Origin: Saccostrea echinata
Taxonomy: Eukaryota
Reading direction: 5' to 3'
Assembly: GCF_033153115.1 (NCBI RefSeq)
Contig: NW_026889866.1
Span: 930,001-994,000 of the forward strand
Length of the DNA stretch: 64,000 nucleotides
The notes under the pieces were generated by a model. That model saw nothing but the letters and a program-made list of their open reading frames with translations. It was not told where the DNA came from and did not search any database. Each line of letters begins with the position of its first letter. The first letter of the stretch is position 1. Positions 1 through 12,901 of this stretch are shown here, piece by piece. The position numbers and the translations under genes were made by a program.

Positions 1-819
1 ATCAAGATCCACTGGACTAGAAAAGCTGAAATTTATGTGAAAGCATGCTGGGGTGGTATAGACTCTAAATTGTTCAAATCATGACCCCCGGGGATAGGGT
101 GGGGCCACAATAGGGAATTCAAGTTTTACATTGAAATATATAAGAAGATTTTTTAAAAATTTTCTTCTCAAAAACCACTTAGACAGAGAAGCTGAAACTT
201 ATGTGGAAGCATCCTGGGGTATTGTAGATTCTAAATAGTTCAAATCAGGACCCCCGGGGGGTAGGGTGGGGCCACGATAGAGAATCCATTTTTACATTGA
301 AATATATAAGAAAAATCTTTAAAAATCTTCTTCTCAAGATCCACTGGACTAGAAAAGCTGAAACTTATGTGAAAGCATGCTGGGGTGGTGTAGACTCTAA
401 ATTGTTCAAATCATGACCCCCGGGGATAGGGTAGGGCCACAATAGGGAATTCAAGTTTTACAATGAAATATATAAGAATTTTTTTTTAAAATCTTCTCAA
501 AAACCACTTGGCCAGAAAAGCTGAAACTTATGTGGAAGCATCATGGGGTAGTGTGGATTCTAAATAGTTCAAATCAGGACCCCCGGGGGATAGGGTGGGG
601 CCACAATAGGAAATCCAAGTTTTACATTGAAATATTTAAGAAAAATCTTTAAAAATCTTCTTCTCAAGAAGCTGGACCAGAAAAGCTGAAACGTATGTCA
701 AAGCATGCTGGGGTAGTGTAGATTCTAAATTGTTTAAACCATGACCCCCGGGGTAGGGCGGGGCCACAATAGGTATTACAAGGGGGGAAATCTGGTAAAG
801 AACAGCATGGCCAAAGTTA

Positions 820-853
<34 letters not shown>
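1..853 (+). mobile_element. Non-autonomous Helentron/Helitron-N2-type element (3' part) with a Cg170-like ~165 bp satellite array
   Basis: About five ~165 bp monomers (starts ~1, 167, 333, 495, 661) sharing aaagctgaaacttatgtg..aagcat / ttcaaatcatgacccc / gggtggggccacaata. Ends with ctcaggtgagc, the palindrome ggcccatgggcc and tcttgttt, the usual 3' structure of these bivalve elements. Confidence 0.8.
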
Positions 854-857
<4 letters not shown>

Positions 858-1079
858 TTTCTCAATACCTTGATATCACGGGTAAAGTTAAAGAGGTTTG
901 CATGTTCTGATACGTAGTATCTACATAAGAATCTCTAGAAATCGATAAACAAAGCCTCGTCCTATCTTCCAAATTCGTCCTATCTAAGGATTTCTTAAAA
1001 ATTACGGCTGAAAATGAGCCTTTCGACCTATACACCCCATCGACATATACCCTAAAACTTACGGTATTGGCAATTTAAA

Positions 1080-1556
1080 AGAAAATCTTGAACCATTTAT
1101 CCAGAAAAATTGAAACTTATGTTGAAGCATCCTCAATTTAAGTAGCTTTTAGTTTGTTCAAATCATCGTACCTTATTGTTTTCCATGATATGTGATTAAA
1201 TATCTGTACATGTGTGTCAGACATAGTTGAACAGGATAACAGATGACCAAACTCTACTTGGCACCTTAAATATTGTGCATTGATATGAATACATATAATA
1301 TGAAAATTGTACTATGACATACAGATCACCCGAAAGTAGGGTGGGGCTACACTAAATCATATATTCTTGTTCCTTGCAATTGTCAGATCTTAAAAAAAAC
1401 ACTTGATACACCACGCAACTTGTGTGGCATTTCAAGTGTTATAAAGATCATATGACCCCATGAGGTGGTCCTGAATCCCCCCCCCCCCCCCTTGTTTTGG
1501 TCAAAGTTATAGCCATGGTTGCTCAGGTGAGTGATGTGGCCTTTGGATCCTTTGTT
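1080..1556 (+). mobile_element. Degenerate Helentron/Cg170-like fragments
   Basis: Decayed monomer (tgaaacttatgttgaagcatcctc..gtttgttcaaatcat) and a decayed 3' end (gctcaggtgagtgatgtggcctttggatcctttgtt). Confidence 0.5.
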
Positions 1557-3383
1557 GGTTTGAAGTATTTATTAAATTTTTACTGAAAGACACGAGGAAA
1601 TAAGCAATCTACCAACAATTAAGCTATGATACAGGTAGCCATCTAGTGGATAAGAAACGTTGATATAGTACATGTATATACAATTACTTTGTAATTTATT
1701 TTTGGATCACATTCAATTTCAAATGCTGGAATGATAATGTTTAAGGTAAAAGTATTAGTTTATGGATTATGTAGAATATTTTCTGTGGAATAAAATTTAT
1801 ATTACTGTTCTTTAAATGGAATTCAGGTAATTTGATATGATGAGATCATGTGTTGCAGACCTTCATCAGATGGAAACAAAGAAATGACTGAACATATATG
1901 CCAGTACGTCGTAGGCATCTTTCAAGCTTGCTGAGCATTTGTTAAAGGTCAGTATAAAGCATATTTTTAATCTAGAATAATCAAAGGCCTGAAGGCCTGA
2001 GAGGCGCATCGCATTGAAGATAGAAAACTCAATTTTTTTTCTCTCAGAAAAATTCAACATACATGTTGAGGGAATGAAAAAAAATCAGGAATAAAGAAAA
2101 TAATAAAAAATCGTTTCTTTAATGTTAAAAAAAGTTTTGCGTCGTGGAATTTTTAACCAGTCGGTCGGCTGACGGTAAACAAACCTTTCTTTAAAGATAG
2201 TCCAATATATAAATCATAATTTATTGATATTTAAATTAATTTATAATTGATTTCGATTTTTTTAATTTTTTTTTTTATTTTTATTCTTTAATTATTATCA
2301 TAGTAGGAAGATGAAATAATGAATGAGAATTAAGAATAAATTGATTATTGAGTAATTCTATATAATTTCACATCTGAACTTTTTTAGTTTCTTACCTTAT
2401 GTGCACTTTTTTAAAATATCAATACTTTGTCTTGGACTAGTTTTCTCAAGCAAAATGGCATAATACCATGAATACGTAAATCATAGTGATACATGAAATA
2501 ATCAAAATAGAAAAAAATAGAATCGGGCGTGGTATACGGTATACTATGAAACCCGCCAATGGCGGCCGATTTCTTCCGAAATTTTCGATATAATTGACTA
2601 TAAATCCTTAGCGGCAAGGATTGAACTCAAAAAGACTAAGTTTAAAAGGTATGTATTAGTAATCCTATAAATTGGAATCCACAGTTTCCAGTTTTTTTAT
2701 CAGTCATTTCATGATATTCAACCAACATTTCACCAAAAACCGATCATATCAATGTTTCGTGTCACCCTTCCTCGTGGATTTTTTTTCCGCCACATTTGTT
2801 GCAAAAATTTATTCAGTTGGACATCTTACTATTCGTTTCACCGAGTGAAAAAAATAATAATATTCCTTCTATTTCTATAAAAACAACAATCTCGTTCCTA
2901 TTGTTAGTGATGCTTTATTAAATAAAATGTTTGAACATTTTTCTCAGATATTCGTACAAACAATGTCGCCTTACAAGGCCTAATAATTTATAGTACGAGC
3001 TGTTGTGATGCAAACAGATCTTACTCCGCGTAGTGCACATATTTGTTTGTTGTTGTTTTCTTTCTTTCTCGGTTTTTGTTTGTTTTTCTTTTCTTTCCTT
3101 AATTTAACTTTGTTGCTTTTAAAGTATAAACAACATATAAATGTGAGATTTTATGTTATTTGATATTCAAAAATAGTTAATGAATATCACCAACTTGTCA
3201 ATATACATTTCCACTATTTTCACTAGCGTATTTAGAATCAATTTTTTTGGAGTCCTTTGTCGCCGCTGTAATTGAAAGAAAGAGTGGGGGTCGTCAGCAA
3301 TGAGGCTACATCGTTGATAGCGATGCGTCTCAAAAATGTAAAGTTTATATAATAATATTTCAATGTATGTTAAACATACTTTA

Positions 3384-3932
3384 TTATTATATAGTCTATT
3401 TATAGTCCTTGCATAATGTGTACAAGCGCAAACGGTTCATAACACTACATAATCACCGGATTTGAGACTGTATTCACCGGAGGGTCAGTGCGCGTGCAGC
3501 GGCATTGTGACGTCACAATCAACACCTCAAACAATGTTGTAAGCAATGGTTGCAACGGCCGCAGCCAGCTGTGTATGGAAAAATGTTATACATTAAACCT
3601 ATCGCAGGATTATTTGGACATATTCCACATAGCATAACATAGCATAACTCGGAAAGGAAAACACGGAAGTTACAAATTGTAATCTGAACATTTTTTTTTT
3701 CTATTCTTAACGACGGAAGTTCGAAAATGAAAATGGTGTCGTCATGCAGCCTTCAAATCTGGACTATATAATAAAACAACAATTATTGACTCTTATGGTG
3801 TTGAATACAGTTTTTTAATCACCAGAAAAATATCAATATTGACCTCGCCTTCGTCTCGGTCAATATTGATATTTTTTTGGTGAGTGGTGAATAACAAACC
3901 ATATTCAACACCAAAAGAGTCCATAATTGTAT
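3384..3932. mobile_element. Non-autonomous DNA element with a 13-bp inverted repeat and an adjacent ~150 bp hairpin (possibly Crypton-like)
   Basis: ttattatatagtc (3384-3396) is inverted with gactatataataa (3762-3774). 3780-3930 is an imperfect palindrome centred on tatcaatattgacc-tcgccttcgtctc-ggtcaatattgata. Confidence 0.5.
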
Positions 3933-4608
3933 AATATTTAATCCATCTGGTGAATGCTGGTATCATTTATATAAAGTATTTTTAATATGTTCATGTATTT
4001 TTTTATTTAATGTGCAAGTCAAAAATTCAAACATTGCTCATATGATGATAGTAGAAGAAAAGAATTGTTAACTTCTGAAAGAGATCAACCAAGTGCAAAA
4101 ATCAAAAAGACTTGAACACAGAGCTCAAATTTTTTCATAATTATATTTTTTCATTGTAAATGTCTAGAATTAAATAAATGCAAATGTTAATTTGCTCACA
4201 GTCAATAAAGGGTATATGTTACTCTAGCTGTGGGTTTACTTTACAACCCGGGATATTTGATATATGTGTAATTGTAGTCTCAAGTTTTGAAAAAGAATCT
4301 TGATAATCATTTATTGAATAATGTATCTTACTACAGGTTTCAGACATTCTTATCTTTTGCTAATTTTTGCTGCAATTTCATATTTTAGATGCAATACACG
4401 TACCTTCAATCCATACAAGACAAAGAAACGCCGATAGGAAAAGCTGATTCCATTAAGCAAAGAATGGTGATGTACCAAAGAAATAGGCGTTCTGATGAAT
4501 GTTAAAAAGTATTCAAAGAACTAGACACCAAAAGTGCCACTCTCAAATCAAAGCGATCTAAAAGGCAGAGCATCAGAAGAATGAGGACAAATAAGGAACC
4601 TAAGAGAC

Positions 4609-5946
4609 AAACCTGATGATGTAGCGATTGAACAGAAATGGGCTATTAGAGATCAAATATATGAGTTGCTACTGTTTTGCATAATTGTGATTCTTGTTTT
4701 ACTTAACTTGAATTGACACATTCAAATGTTATGTAAGAAAAATATACCTAGTGTTGCATTTTTGACAGTTAAAAGTGTTTTCTGATGCTTGATTACAGAT
4801 TAAAACTCGGTCATATTTTTTACTGTTTGAAGATCGATTGGCTTATTTTGTATAGTACACATGCACATACATTTTTAATCTTGATTTATAAATTACATGT
4901 ATGTACAAGTTTGACTTGAATAATTAGTGTATGGACATTTATTGTGAAAATAATTAGGAGACAAGGCAAGGGTAGTCTGAAAGAGCTTTGCTGGCAGTAA
5001 GTTGCAGATCTTGATACCCAAATAAGAGAAAGGTGGTGTCTAATACCAATCCTTTTGCTGTTGCTTGTTGGCGAGTGAGGCTTCTCTGTCAGTGGCTTAG
5101 TTTGTCTTAGATGTAAGAAATAGACTAAACAGACCAGGTAAAGACATTTCTGAGTAAATAGGGTAAATAGTGATTTTAATGAATATCATATTGCAAGAGT
5201 AAGAAATTATTTTTTTTTCCTTTCACTTGAAGTAAAGAGTTTTAAGACCAGAATTTTTTGCATAAAGATTAAAGAGTAAGGCTAAAAAATTTGTAACATA
5301 TATTTGCACATATGTTTATACAGGCCTTTTTATATGTACATTTTTCGGAGCTTATTCTTGAAATTTTAAGGCAAAGACTAGAGGATTTATATTTACTGAA
5401 AAATATCATTATCAAAATGTCTTGCATTCCAATGTAAAATTGATTTGGTGAGGATATGCTATGTTTCAATCCACAAGTGATAAACCTGATGATGTAGCGA
5501 TTGAACAGAAATGGGCTATTAGAGATAAATTATCAGCTGTTACTTGTTTTGTGTAATTGTGATGCTTTTTCCTTAATTTGAATTCACATAACCAAATGAT
5601 ATATAAGAAATTTTCTTGGTGTATTTTTCACAGTCGACAGAAAGTGTTTACTGTACGTAGTTAATATTAAAAAGCTGTCATATTTTTTATTTTTTTTATT
5701 TTTTGCAGATTGACTGGCTTATTGTGTAGCACGCATGCCAAACATTTTTAATCTCCGATTTATTTCATTGTTTTTACAAGTTTAACTTGAATAATTAGTG
5801 CATGGACATTTATTGTGAAAATAATTAGGATACCCAAGAAAAAGGTGGTGTCTAAGATTGATCATTTTGCTTTTGCATGTGGGCGAGTGAAGCTTCTCTG
5901 TCAGTGGCTTAGTTTGTCTTAGATGTACATGTAAGAAATAGACTAA
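4609..5946. repeat. Local duplication of ~500 bp (4609-5128 vs 5481-5946)
   Basis: Both copies begin aaacctgatgatgtagcgattgaacagaaatgggctattagagat and end gcttctctgtcagtggcttagtttgtcttagatgta..agaaatagactaa. Confidence 0.85.
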
Positions 5947-6562
5947 GACGACGTTTCTTGTAAGAAAAAGAAGGGCAACTTCCTTTTATGAAAAGTATGA
6001 GTTAAAGAATTCTTATCGTGTGTACATATACATGTACTAATGCATAATAATTTGTACAGACATATGCAAGTTCTTGTTTCTGGACGTATTAGGCATAGAC
6101 TAGGAGAATATTTATTGAAAAGTAATTTTATGTTTCATTTTCGAATTCCAATCTGAAATTGCTTTTAATAGGATATATATATAGTTTTCAATACAGTAAT
6201 CTTGTACCTGTCTACCTGTTTTGTTTATTGGCTGTTATGTTTATTGACATTCTAAAATATGAAACAGCAGAGGATGTTTAATGTTATAATGTACCATTCC
6301 TCTAGATCTTGATACACAATCATTTGCTGTTTGCCTTGCAATGTTTGTGTTAATTAAATAAATGAATCCATTATATATTCCAAAATTTTTACTCATTTGT
6401 CTCCAAAATGTTTACTGATTTGTCTGGTCATAATGTTCTTTTCTCTTCTGTCCAAGCACTTTTCAATAATGGAAAACATTAGAAATTATTTTGAAATCGC
6501 ATGTATTAAGCGTAGTTTTAGTATAATTTACAACCCACGCAGCAGTTTTTATAGGGACTTCC

Positions 6563-7137
6563 ATGACGTGCACTAGTTCCAATCTTATTTATGTGATAAC
6601 CTGCGCCGGTTGCGGTGAAAATTATATAGGTCAGACAGGAGACACTTTAAGACACAGAATGACCGTACACCGACAGCAAATTAGGGAACCAAAATACCAG
6701 TGTACCTCCGTCAGTGACCATATTAGAAACTGTGCCAAGAATAGAAGTCCCAATTTTACCGTTTTTCCATTTTACAAATTTCGAAGGGATACCACAGAAA
6801 AAGAACGTGAAACCAAAGAAAAACTTTTTATTAACAGATATAAACCTGTTTTAAATGCTACATAATTATATTTTGTATCAAAGATATACTTTTTCCCGCA
6901 GTATATATCTGTATAATTTGTACGAAAAATTTTAATTTCCCGTACTTAATTTCTTACGTTATGTCATGACGTCATAATTAACTTTGGTAATGCGTAAATT
7001 AATATTAGCGCTTTTTGACGTCACAGTAAGAATGTTGAATTTGTATTTATGTGTAACTAAGCAATATGTTGTCAAACTCCTGAAGATTGAAAATGAAACC
7101 GGTAGAGTTTATTTCGGTGTTGTGATTTTTTTGATAT
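6563..7137 (+). mobile_element. Penelope-like retroelement 3' end: GIY-YIG endonuclease ORF (6563-6865) plus 3' UTR
   Basis: ORF has C-x-S-S-N-L-I-Y-x-I-x-C-xx-C-xxx-Y-I-G-Q-T...L-R-x-R-xxx-H...H...E..F-I...P-x-L-N, the PLE GIY-YIG domain with a CCHH zinc motif. 5'-truncated (no RT) and runs into an assembly gap. Confidence 0.88.
7074..7110 (+). ncRNA. Candidate minimal type I hammerhead ribozyme of the Penelope-like element
   Basis: AAACUC-CUGAAGA-UUGAAAAU-GAAA-CCG-GUA-GAGUUU: 6-bp stem I, core CUGANGA/GAAA, palindromic ACCGGU stem III, GUA cleavage triplet, vestigial stem II. Confidence 0.65.
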
Positions 7138-7287
7138 NNNNNNNNNNNNNNNNNNNNNNNNNNNNNNNNNNNNNNNNNNNNNNNNNNNNNNNNNNNNNNN
7201 NNNNNNNNNNNNNNNNNNNNNNNNNNNNNNNNNNNNNNNNNNNNNNNNNNNNNNNNNNNNNNNNNNNNNNNNNNNNNNNNNNNNNNN

Positions 7288-7345
7288 ATGTTTTACGCCG
7301 AATGTTTTACGCCGAATCGGCACTATTTCAGCCATATATCGGCGA
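7288..7345 (-). mobile_element. SINE 3'-end fragment beside a gap
   Basis: The reverse complement cgccgatatatggctgaaatagtgccgattcggcgtaaaac resembles a mollusc SINE 3' tail (from recall, not searched). Confidence 0.35.
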
Positions 7346-8479
7346 TATATATAAAAGAATAATGAGTGATTAAATAATTATATTAAATTTTATCTAAAAC
7401 AACTATAAATCTTTATGATATTGGCAGTTTTAATCCATATATTTTCGTCACATATACAAAAGGATTATATTAGTTTATGAAAGAGTAAAATTTGAACGTA
7501 TCAGTAAGTGTACGATTTTCCGTATGTTATTCAGTTTTGGGAAGTATTATAAGGTAAAGTGTGAATTAAACAAGAACAAATAATGATGTAAAGTTCTATA
7601 TTAAATTTTATTAACCAAACAAATTTAATATAACGATAAAATTTTATTTTATTGGCATGTTTAATAATAATTATACGTTTTGTATACTAGAAGTATAATA
7701 TTTGTTTACGGAAGACTTAAATCTGAATGTATTAGTAAGTTTACAATTTTTCCAACTTATTAAATCTGTTCTTTAAGGGAAATCAGCATACTCATATTAA
7801 ATGCTAATTATTTTTTAAAGTTTACGATCCCACAATATGTAATACTATGCATTTTAACATCAAATAATCGCAGCATTTAAATTGCATTTAAGGTAAAATT
7901 AAACCCGACTTTTCGTGCAGTGCGAATGGCATAGGAAAAGCCAACCGGGATACGAAAAAAACTGACTGTCTTCAAAAGAAGATATGATCGATGAAAATAA
8001 ATTAGTATTCCTGTTTAACAAACTTTAACTTCACATGAATCACACAAACAATAGCCAGGGCATTTGCTTCTAAACCCACTTTAACGTATCTTTTTACAAG
8101 CCGTCTTAGCCAAATTCTCGTTACACAACATGATCAATTCTCAAGTTACTTGTTGAACAGTTATGACGTCATTGGTCGGAGATTTTAATTCAAGTGACAG
8201 ATACAGCATAACCAAATAAAAACAATTTATTTTTGTTAATATTTACGTTTCTTTTCAATTTCAGGAGTTAAATTTTATCTCTAAATAACAATATTAAGAA
8301 AACTTGTGTTCTAAAATTGACGTCACTACTATGACGTCATAATGTATCACTGATTTAGTCAATTCATATTATCTTACTGCTTTCTTAAGTCACCTGTGTT
8401 TCCCTTTTTGCGATTCATCTTTAATTTCTTTTAATGTTTTCTCTTGCAATACTGTGTGCTTCCTCCAGTCTCTCTTGAA

Positions 8480-10360
8480 GTAACTAGGCCCATCTATTTT
8501 GTGGGATAGGCTTTCTCTCTACATTAATTTCGCGCACTAGGTTTAGAGGCTTTGCTGTTTCTCTACCAAGCATAATTTGAAGAGTTGTCGGTTGCATATA
8601 AACGCATTAGAGGTATATTAATTATTCAGAGAATGTTTTGATTTATTTTCTTAACTCACTTGCGTAACACAGAAACTCATCATGGCGTCATGGGCCTGGT
8701 TGAACCTTTCCACTATCTATACCATCCAATTGTGGATGGTATGGTGTGGTGTGAGTCTTTTCTTTTTGCAAAAGCTCACACACTGTTTAAACAAATCACT
8801 ATCGTGTTGACGTCGTTAGTCTGAGTGTGTTTTAACTCGACCTTGGCCACATTTTTTGATTCCATATTTGGCATTTGAAAGCATTCCGTCCAGCGAGTAA
8901 AGTATTATGAAACTACCAGTATATATCTGTTTCCAGATTCTGTCAATGACAATTCCCCCATAATACCTGTTGCTAACCAATCCATAGGAAATTTAAATTC
9001 TGGACAATATGCATTGGCGCTTTCTGGCTAGTAAACGATGGTTATCTTCTAGTACAGATGTCACAATCATTCATATTTGTTCAGTCCTGGCCAGTAAAAC
9101 TGACTTCTTTATTTTGGAATGTTTTTTGTTTAAATGCCAAGGTGACTTACAGTGCGCTTGCCTTGGTACTCTTTCAGATTTTGCCTTCTCTCAGACATAG
9201 GCACTATTATCTGGAGCTTCTCTTACGTCGTCTTATGGCCTACACACTTCTAGTAAACTAATTCATCTTAAATAGTCAGTAACTAAGCTGAGACCATAAA
9301 TGACCTTAGATATGCACTTTGAGTGGCCACATCTCTTTTCTTGTTTTATCCTACGTTTCACAAGTGAATGTTCTTTATCTTATGAGTATTAGTCTTTTCA
9401 GAACCGGAATATCTCTTATTACACTCATTACGTTGAGTTCCTCATCTTCCTTATCCCAGTCAACTTTATAGTCACATTGCTTACATGGAAAACAAATTAG
9501 CACTTCAGCATTTTGGTGGTGCTTGCCTGGTCGATGTTGAATCTTCATGTCAAACGTAGACAATACTTCAAGCCAGCAAGCAAGCTGACCCTCTGAATTT
9601 TTTCTTAAATTGGTCAACCATCTAAGCGAGTTGTGGTCCTTGCGCATGATAAACGTACGTTCACAAAGGTGATGCTTAAAATACTTAGTAAAATATTCCT
9701 CCGCCAGTAACTTCTTTCTTGTCACACAGTATTACCTTTCTGACTTTTTAAATGTCTTGCTGGCGTAGGCAATAACACTTTCTTGACTTTCACGAACTTG
9801 CAACAACACTGCTTCCTTTGCACAGTCTCCTAATTCCATGTCCAATGTGAATTTCTTGCTAAAGTCGGGGTGAGCGAGGACTGGGGAGCTTGTAAGAGCA
9901 GCCTTTAACTTGTCAAAAGCACTTACACTTTGGCATTCCACACTCCAAACAAAGAATTTGCTTTTCTCTGTCTGTTTGTGGAGGGATTTTTGTATACTCA
10001 TAAAGTCCTTCACAAATTTTTGTAGTAACTACATATACCCAGGAACGAACGTACTTGTAGCTCACTCACATTGGCCGGCACTGTAATATCCTTAATCGCT
10101 TCAATCTTTTTGGATAACTGGTAAACTGTATCTTGGATATTATGTCTCCGAGATATTCCTACTGACTTGTAAAACAAAGAACACTTCTTTGTCGTCAATT
10201 TTAACCCTGCATTTGACCATCGGTTAAACACTTTGCATAGATTCTCTACCTTGCTCCTCAAATGTCTTACTTATGACTATGATATCACCGAAGTAAATCA
10301 AACATATTTCCCAATTCAACCTCGCAAGGGCTTTTTACATCAAACGTTCAAATGTTGCTC
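8480..10360 (-). mobile_element. Decayed Ty3/Gypsy LTR retrotransposon pol (RT - RNase H - integrase)
   Basis: Minus-strand remnants in Gypsy order: ATFERLM..ICLIYFGDIIV (degenerate YLDD), LKLTTKKC, VRSFLGICSYY, AFDKLKAALTSSPVLAHPDF, VIAYASK, DHNSLRWL..WLEVLSTFDMKIQHRPGK, GNRYILVV, KTHTTPYHPQLDG..VERFN. Many frameshifts and stops. Confidence 0.9.
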
Positions 10361-10580
10361 CGGTGTAAAATAAAAATCGAATAATGACTCCCGTAGAATT
10401 AAGATCGGAGGTCATTTTTCCACGTCGATAAAATGACTCCTTGTCATTATTCGACGTCGAAAAATGACTCCTTTGCCTAAAGAAAAAGTGGAATCACCCT
10501 TAAACCCTGTATACCCTACGTGAAGAAAAATAATTAACCTTTGTAGAATAATGACCCCTTGTAGATTTTGTAGTGATATA
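10361..10580. mobile_element. Probable DNA-transposon end with subterminal aaatgactcc repeats, truncating the Gypsy element
   Basis: Gypsy RT similarity stops abruptly at ~10360. It is followed by repeated aatgactcc/aatgacccc and an inverted ggaggtcatt. Confidence 0.4.
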
Positions 10581-12269
10581 CATGTATTTTTCTTTTAAAA
10601 AATATTTAAATCTTTTAAAAAAGATTAAGAATAATGAATTAAAAAGCATGTGAACCAAATTGCCCACCTTTAGTATACGTAAAATGGGGATAAAGGGATG
10701 ACATGTTCGTCTAATTAAATCTTTCGAATAAAATGATCTGTCTTTAATTATAAATTGACAACTTTAATCGAGTTTAATCTATACTATCTGGAAATTCTTC
10801 CATTTTGATTTGACATATGTACAGTGTATCGTTGTTTTTATATATTTCTCTTTGTTAACATATCTAGACTAGCTTTACTTGTAGACTAACATTAATTTTT
10901 ATCCGTGTGTTTTCAAGAAATTTAGTTTTCCAAGTTTTTTATGCTTATTTTTTTTGTTCAAAATTAAAAAAAAAATTGCTAAGACTTATTTCTTGTCATT
11001 TTTTATATCAACTCTGTATTAATCAACTCTTGCCCATAATATTCAGCTTTTGAAAAAAGAATTATATAACAAATATAAGTTTTGTATTTCTCTTAAAATA
11101 ATTTTTAAAAATAAAAAAAACTGCAAGATGGGGACATTTTAAATCATACTAGTGTAGGGTAATAAATACGTGGGAGAAGTTTTGTCTGGTATCCCAAATC
11201 ACCATAAACTTCATTCGCTCTAAATGTGCAAATTAGAATTTGTCCTACGATAAATAATACTTTTCCTTGCGTTATGGCGTAACACCGTCCTTTGAAATGT
11301 TGACGTTGTATTTGATAAGTTCACTGTTGGAGTTATCAGATTTCCTTCATGAATTATACGTCCCATTTTTGCAGTGTTTTGTACGTGTAGTGTCTCTCAA
11401 CCTTGGCAATAACTAGAGAATTAGCTCATTATTTCCAACATTTTTCACATTTATTTAAATTGATTTAATATATTATAAAAAAAAAATAGTGAATCAGTTA
11501 CTCTTCGCTAAATAGAATATATATGGAGAAACTCGCTTTACTAACCGATGGACCTTCTGACAATGAGGTAAACTTATGAGCTTTTATGAACACTACTAAA
11601 CCTAAAAGTATCTTTCCTTTAACTCTCTTTCGTCATATCTAACTAATGTTTTTGAATATATATATATATAGTTGAAATAATATGAAAAAATACGCACAGA
11701 AACAAGTCTGTCGGAGTTATTATTATTATTCATAAACCGTAAGAGTTCTAATACTATAACATTACCGTGGTTATTAACCAAGAAAAAAGATAAAATATGG
11801 AATTGCTGATTTACCGTACAATTCTTACACTCTTACTCTACCTCCATGCAAACTTTCTTTGAAATATCTTTTTAAAGAGGCCTTTGACAGCATATTTCGA
11901 TGTTCTCATGTGTACAAAACACACGACTTTTCAGTATGCTAAACATTCGAGATTCTGACGTCATTTTTGGAGTTATTACGTCAACATAAGAAATTGACGT
12001 TAATATAAATGCAAATTTTCCAGCTCTTTTCAATGGTATCAAACTTATTAATTTCCGTGAAATGGTTAATATTTTTATTAAACAGTTCTCAGAACTTTTC
12101 AAATGCCCCTCGTACTTTTCCTTGATTGACATGTCTAGCGAACAATCAATCCACGTGTATATATTTTATATAGATATATTATTGATTACAAAATACTGAC
12201 CATCGCAAAAGTTAACACCTATAACTTTAACTGCGTTTATCCACTAACTGTTACTTAAGTTCTTCCTTT

Positions 12270-12849
12270 AAAACAGTATTTATTCGTTAACTTCTGCTTG
12301 AAAAGAAGAAATTTTTGCTGTGGCCTTCAACTCCACATTTAGATATATTGACAAGTTTTTATCAATTAACAGTAGTTATTTTCATTCATATGTCGACTCT
12401 ATATATCCCAGTAAATTCAAAATTAAAGACACTGCAGAGTCTGTCATATCTTTTTCATATCAGATTTTTAATATTTTACTTACTAAATACGATAATGTCC
12501 AACTAATACCTATACTGTATTATAAAGGGTATGACTTCAGCGTTTCCGTCGTCAACTTTCCTTTTTTATTTAGTAATATTCCATCACCATTTCATGTCGT
12601 TTTTATGTCTCCCAGCTGATACTATACGCATGGGTATATTCTGAGCAAGATCAGTTTTAAAACCGAAGCATGCTCATACAAAAATATTGATGTTACAAGG
12701 TTCTGAAAGAACCTCATTTAAACCCAGTTTTTTGCATTTTCTAAGATCACTATAATGACCTTGTTTGTAAATACAACCTAGCGCTGGGTCGTATTTTGTC
12801 TGAGATGTTTGATACCATTACTTAGGTCATTGCTTTTATACTTAATTTG

Positions 12850-12901
<52 letters not shown>

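Noticed and set aside
4612-4655. CTGATGA..GAAA as a hammerhead core or C/D snoRNA box in the duplicated block
   Set aside because: Stems I and III cannot form, and no D box is conserved in both copies.
4390-4660. Exon-like purine-rich segment
   Set aside because: No consistent multi-exon frame or recognisable domain.
6984-7373. ORFs spanning N-gaps (also 43742, 54426, 56358, 57264)
   Set aside because: Artefacts of translating N runs.
11548-11567. ATG GAC CTT CTG ACA ATG AG|gtaaac as first coding exon of the EGF receptor, spliced to 14073
   Set aside because: Phase-compatible, but gives no hydrophobic signal peptide. The in-frame ATG at 14047 is simpler.
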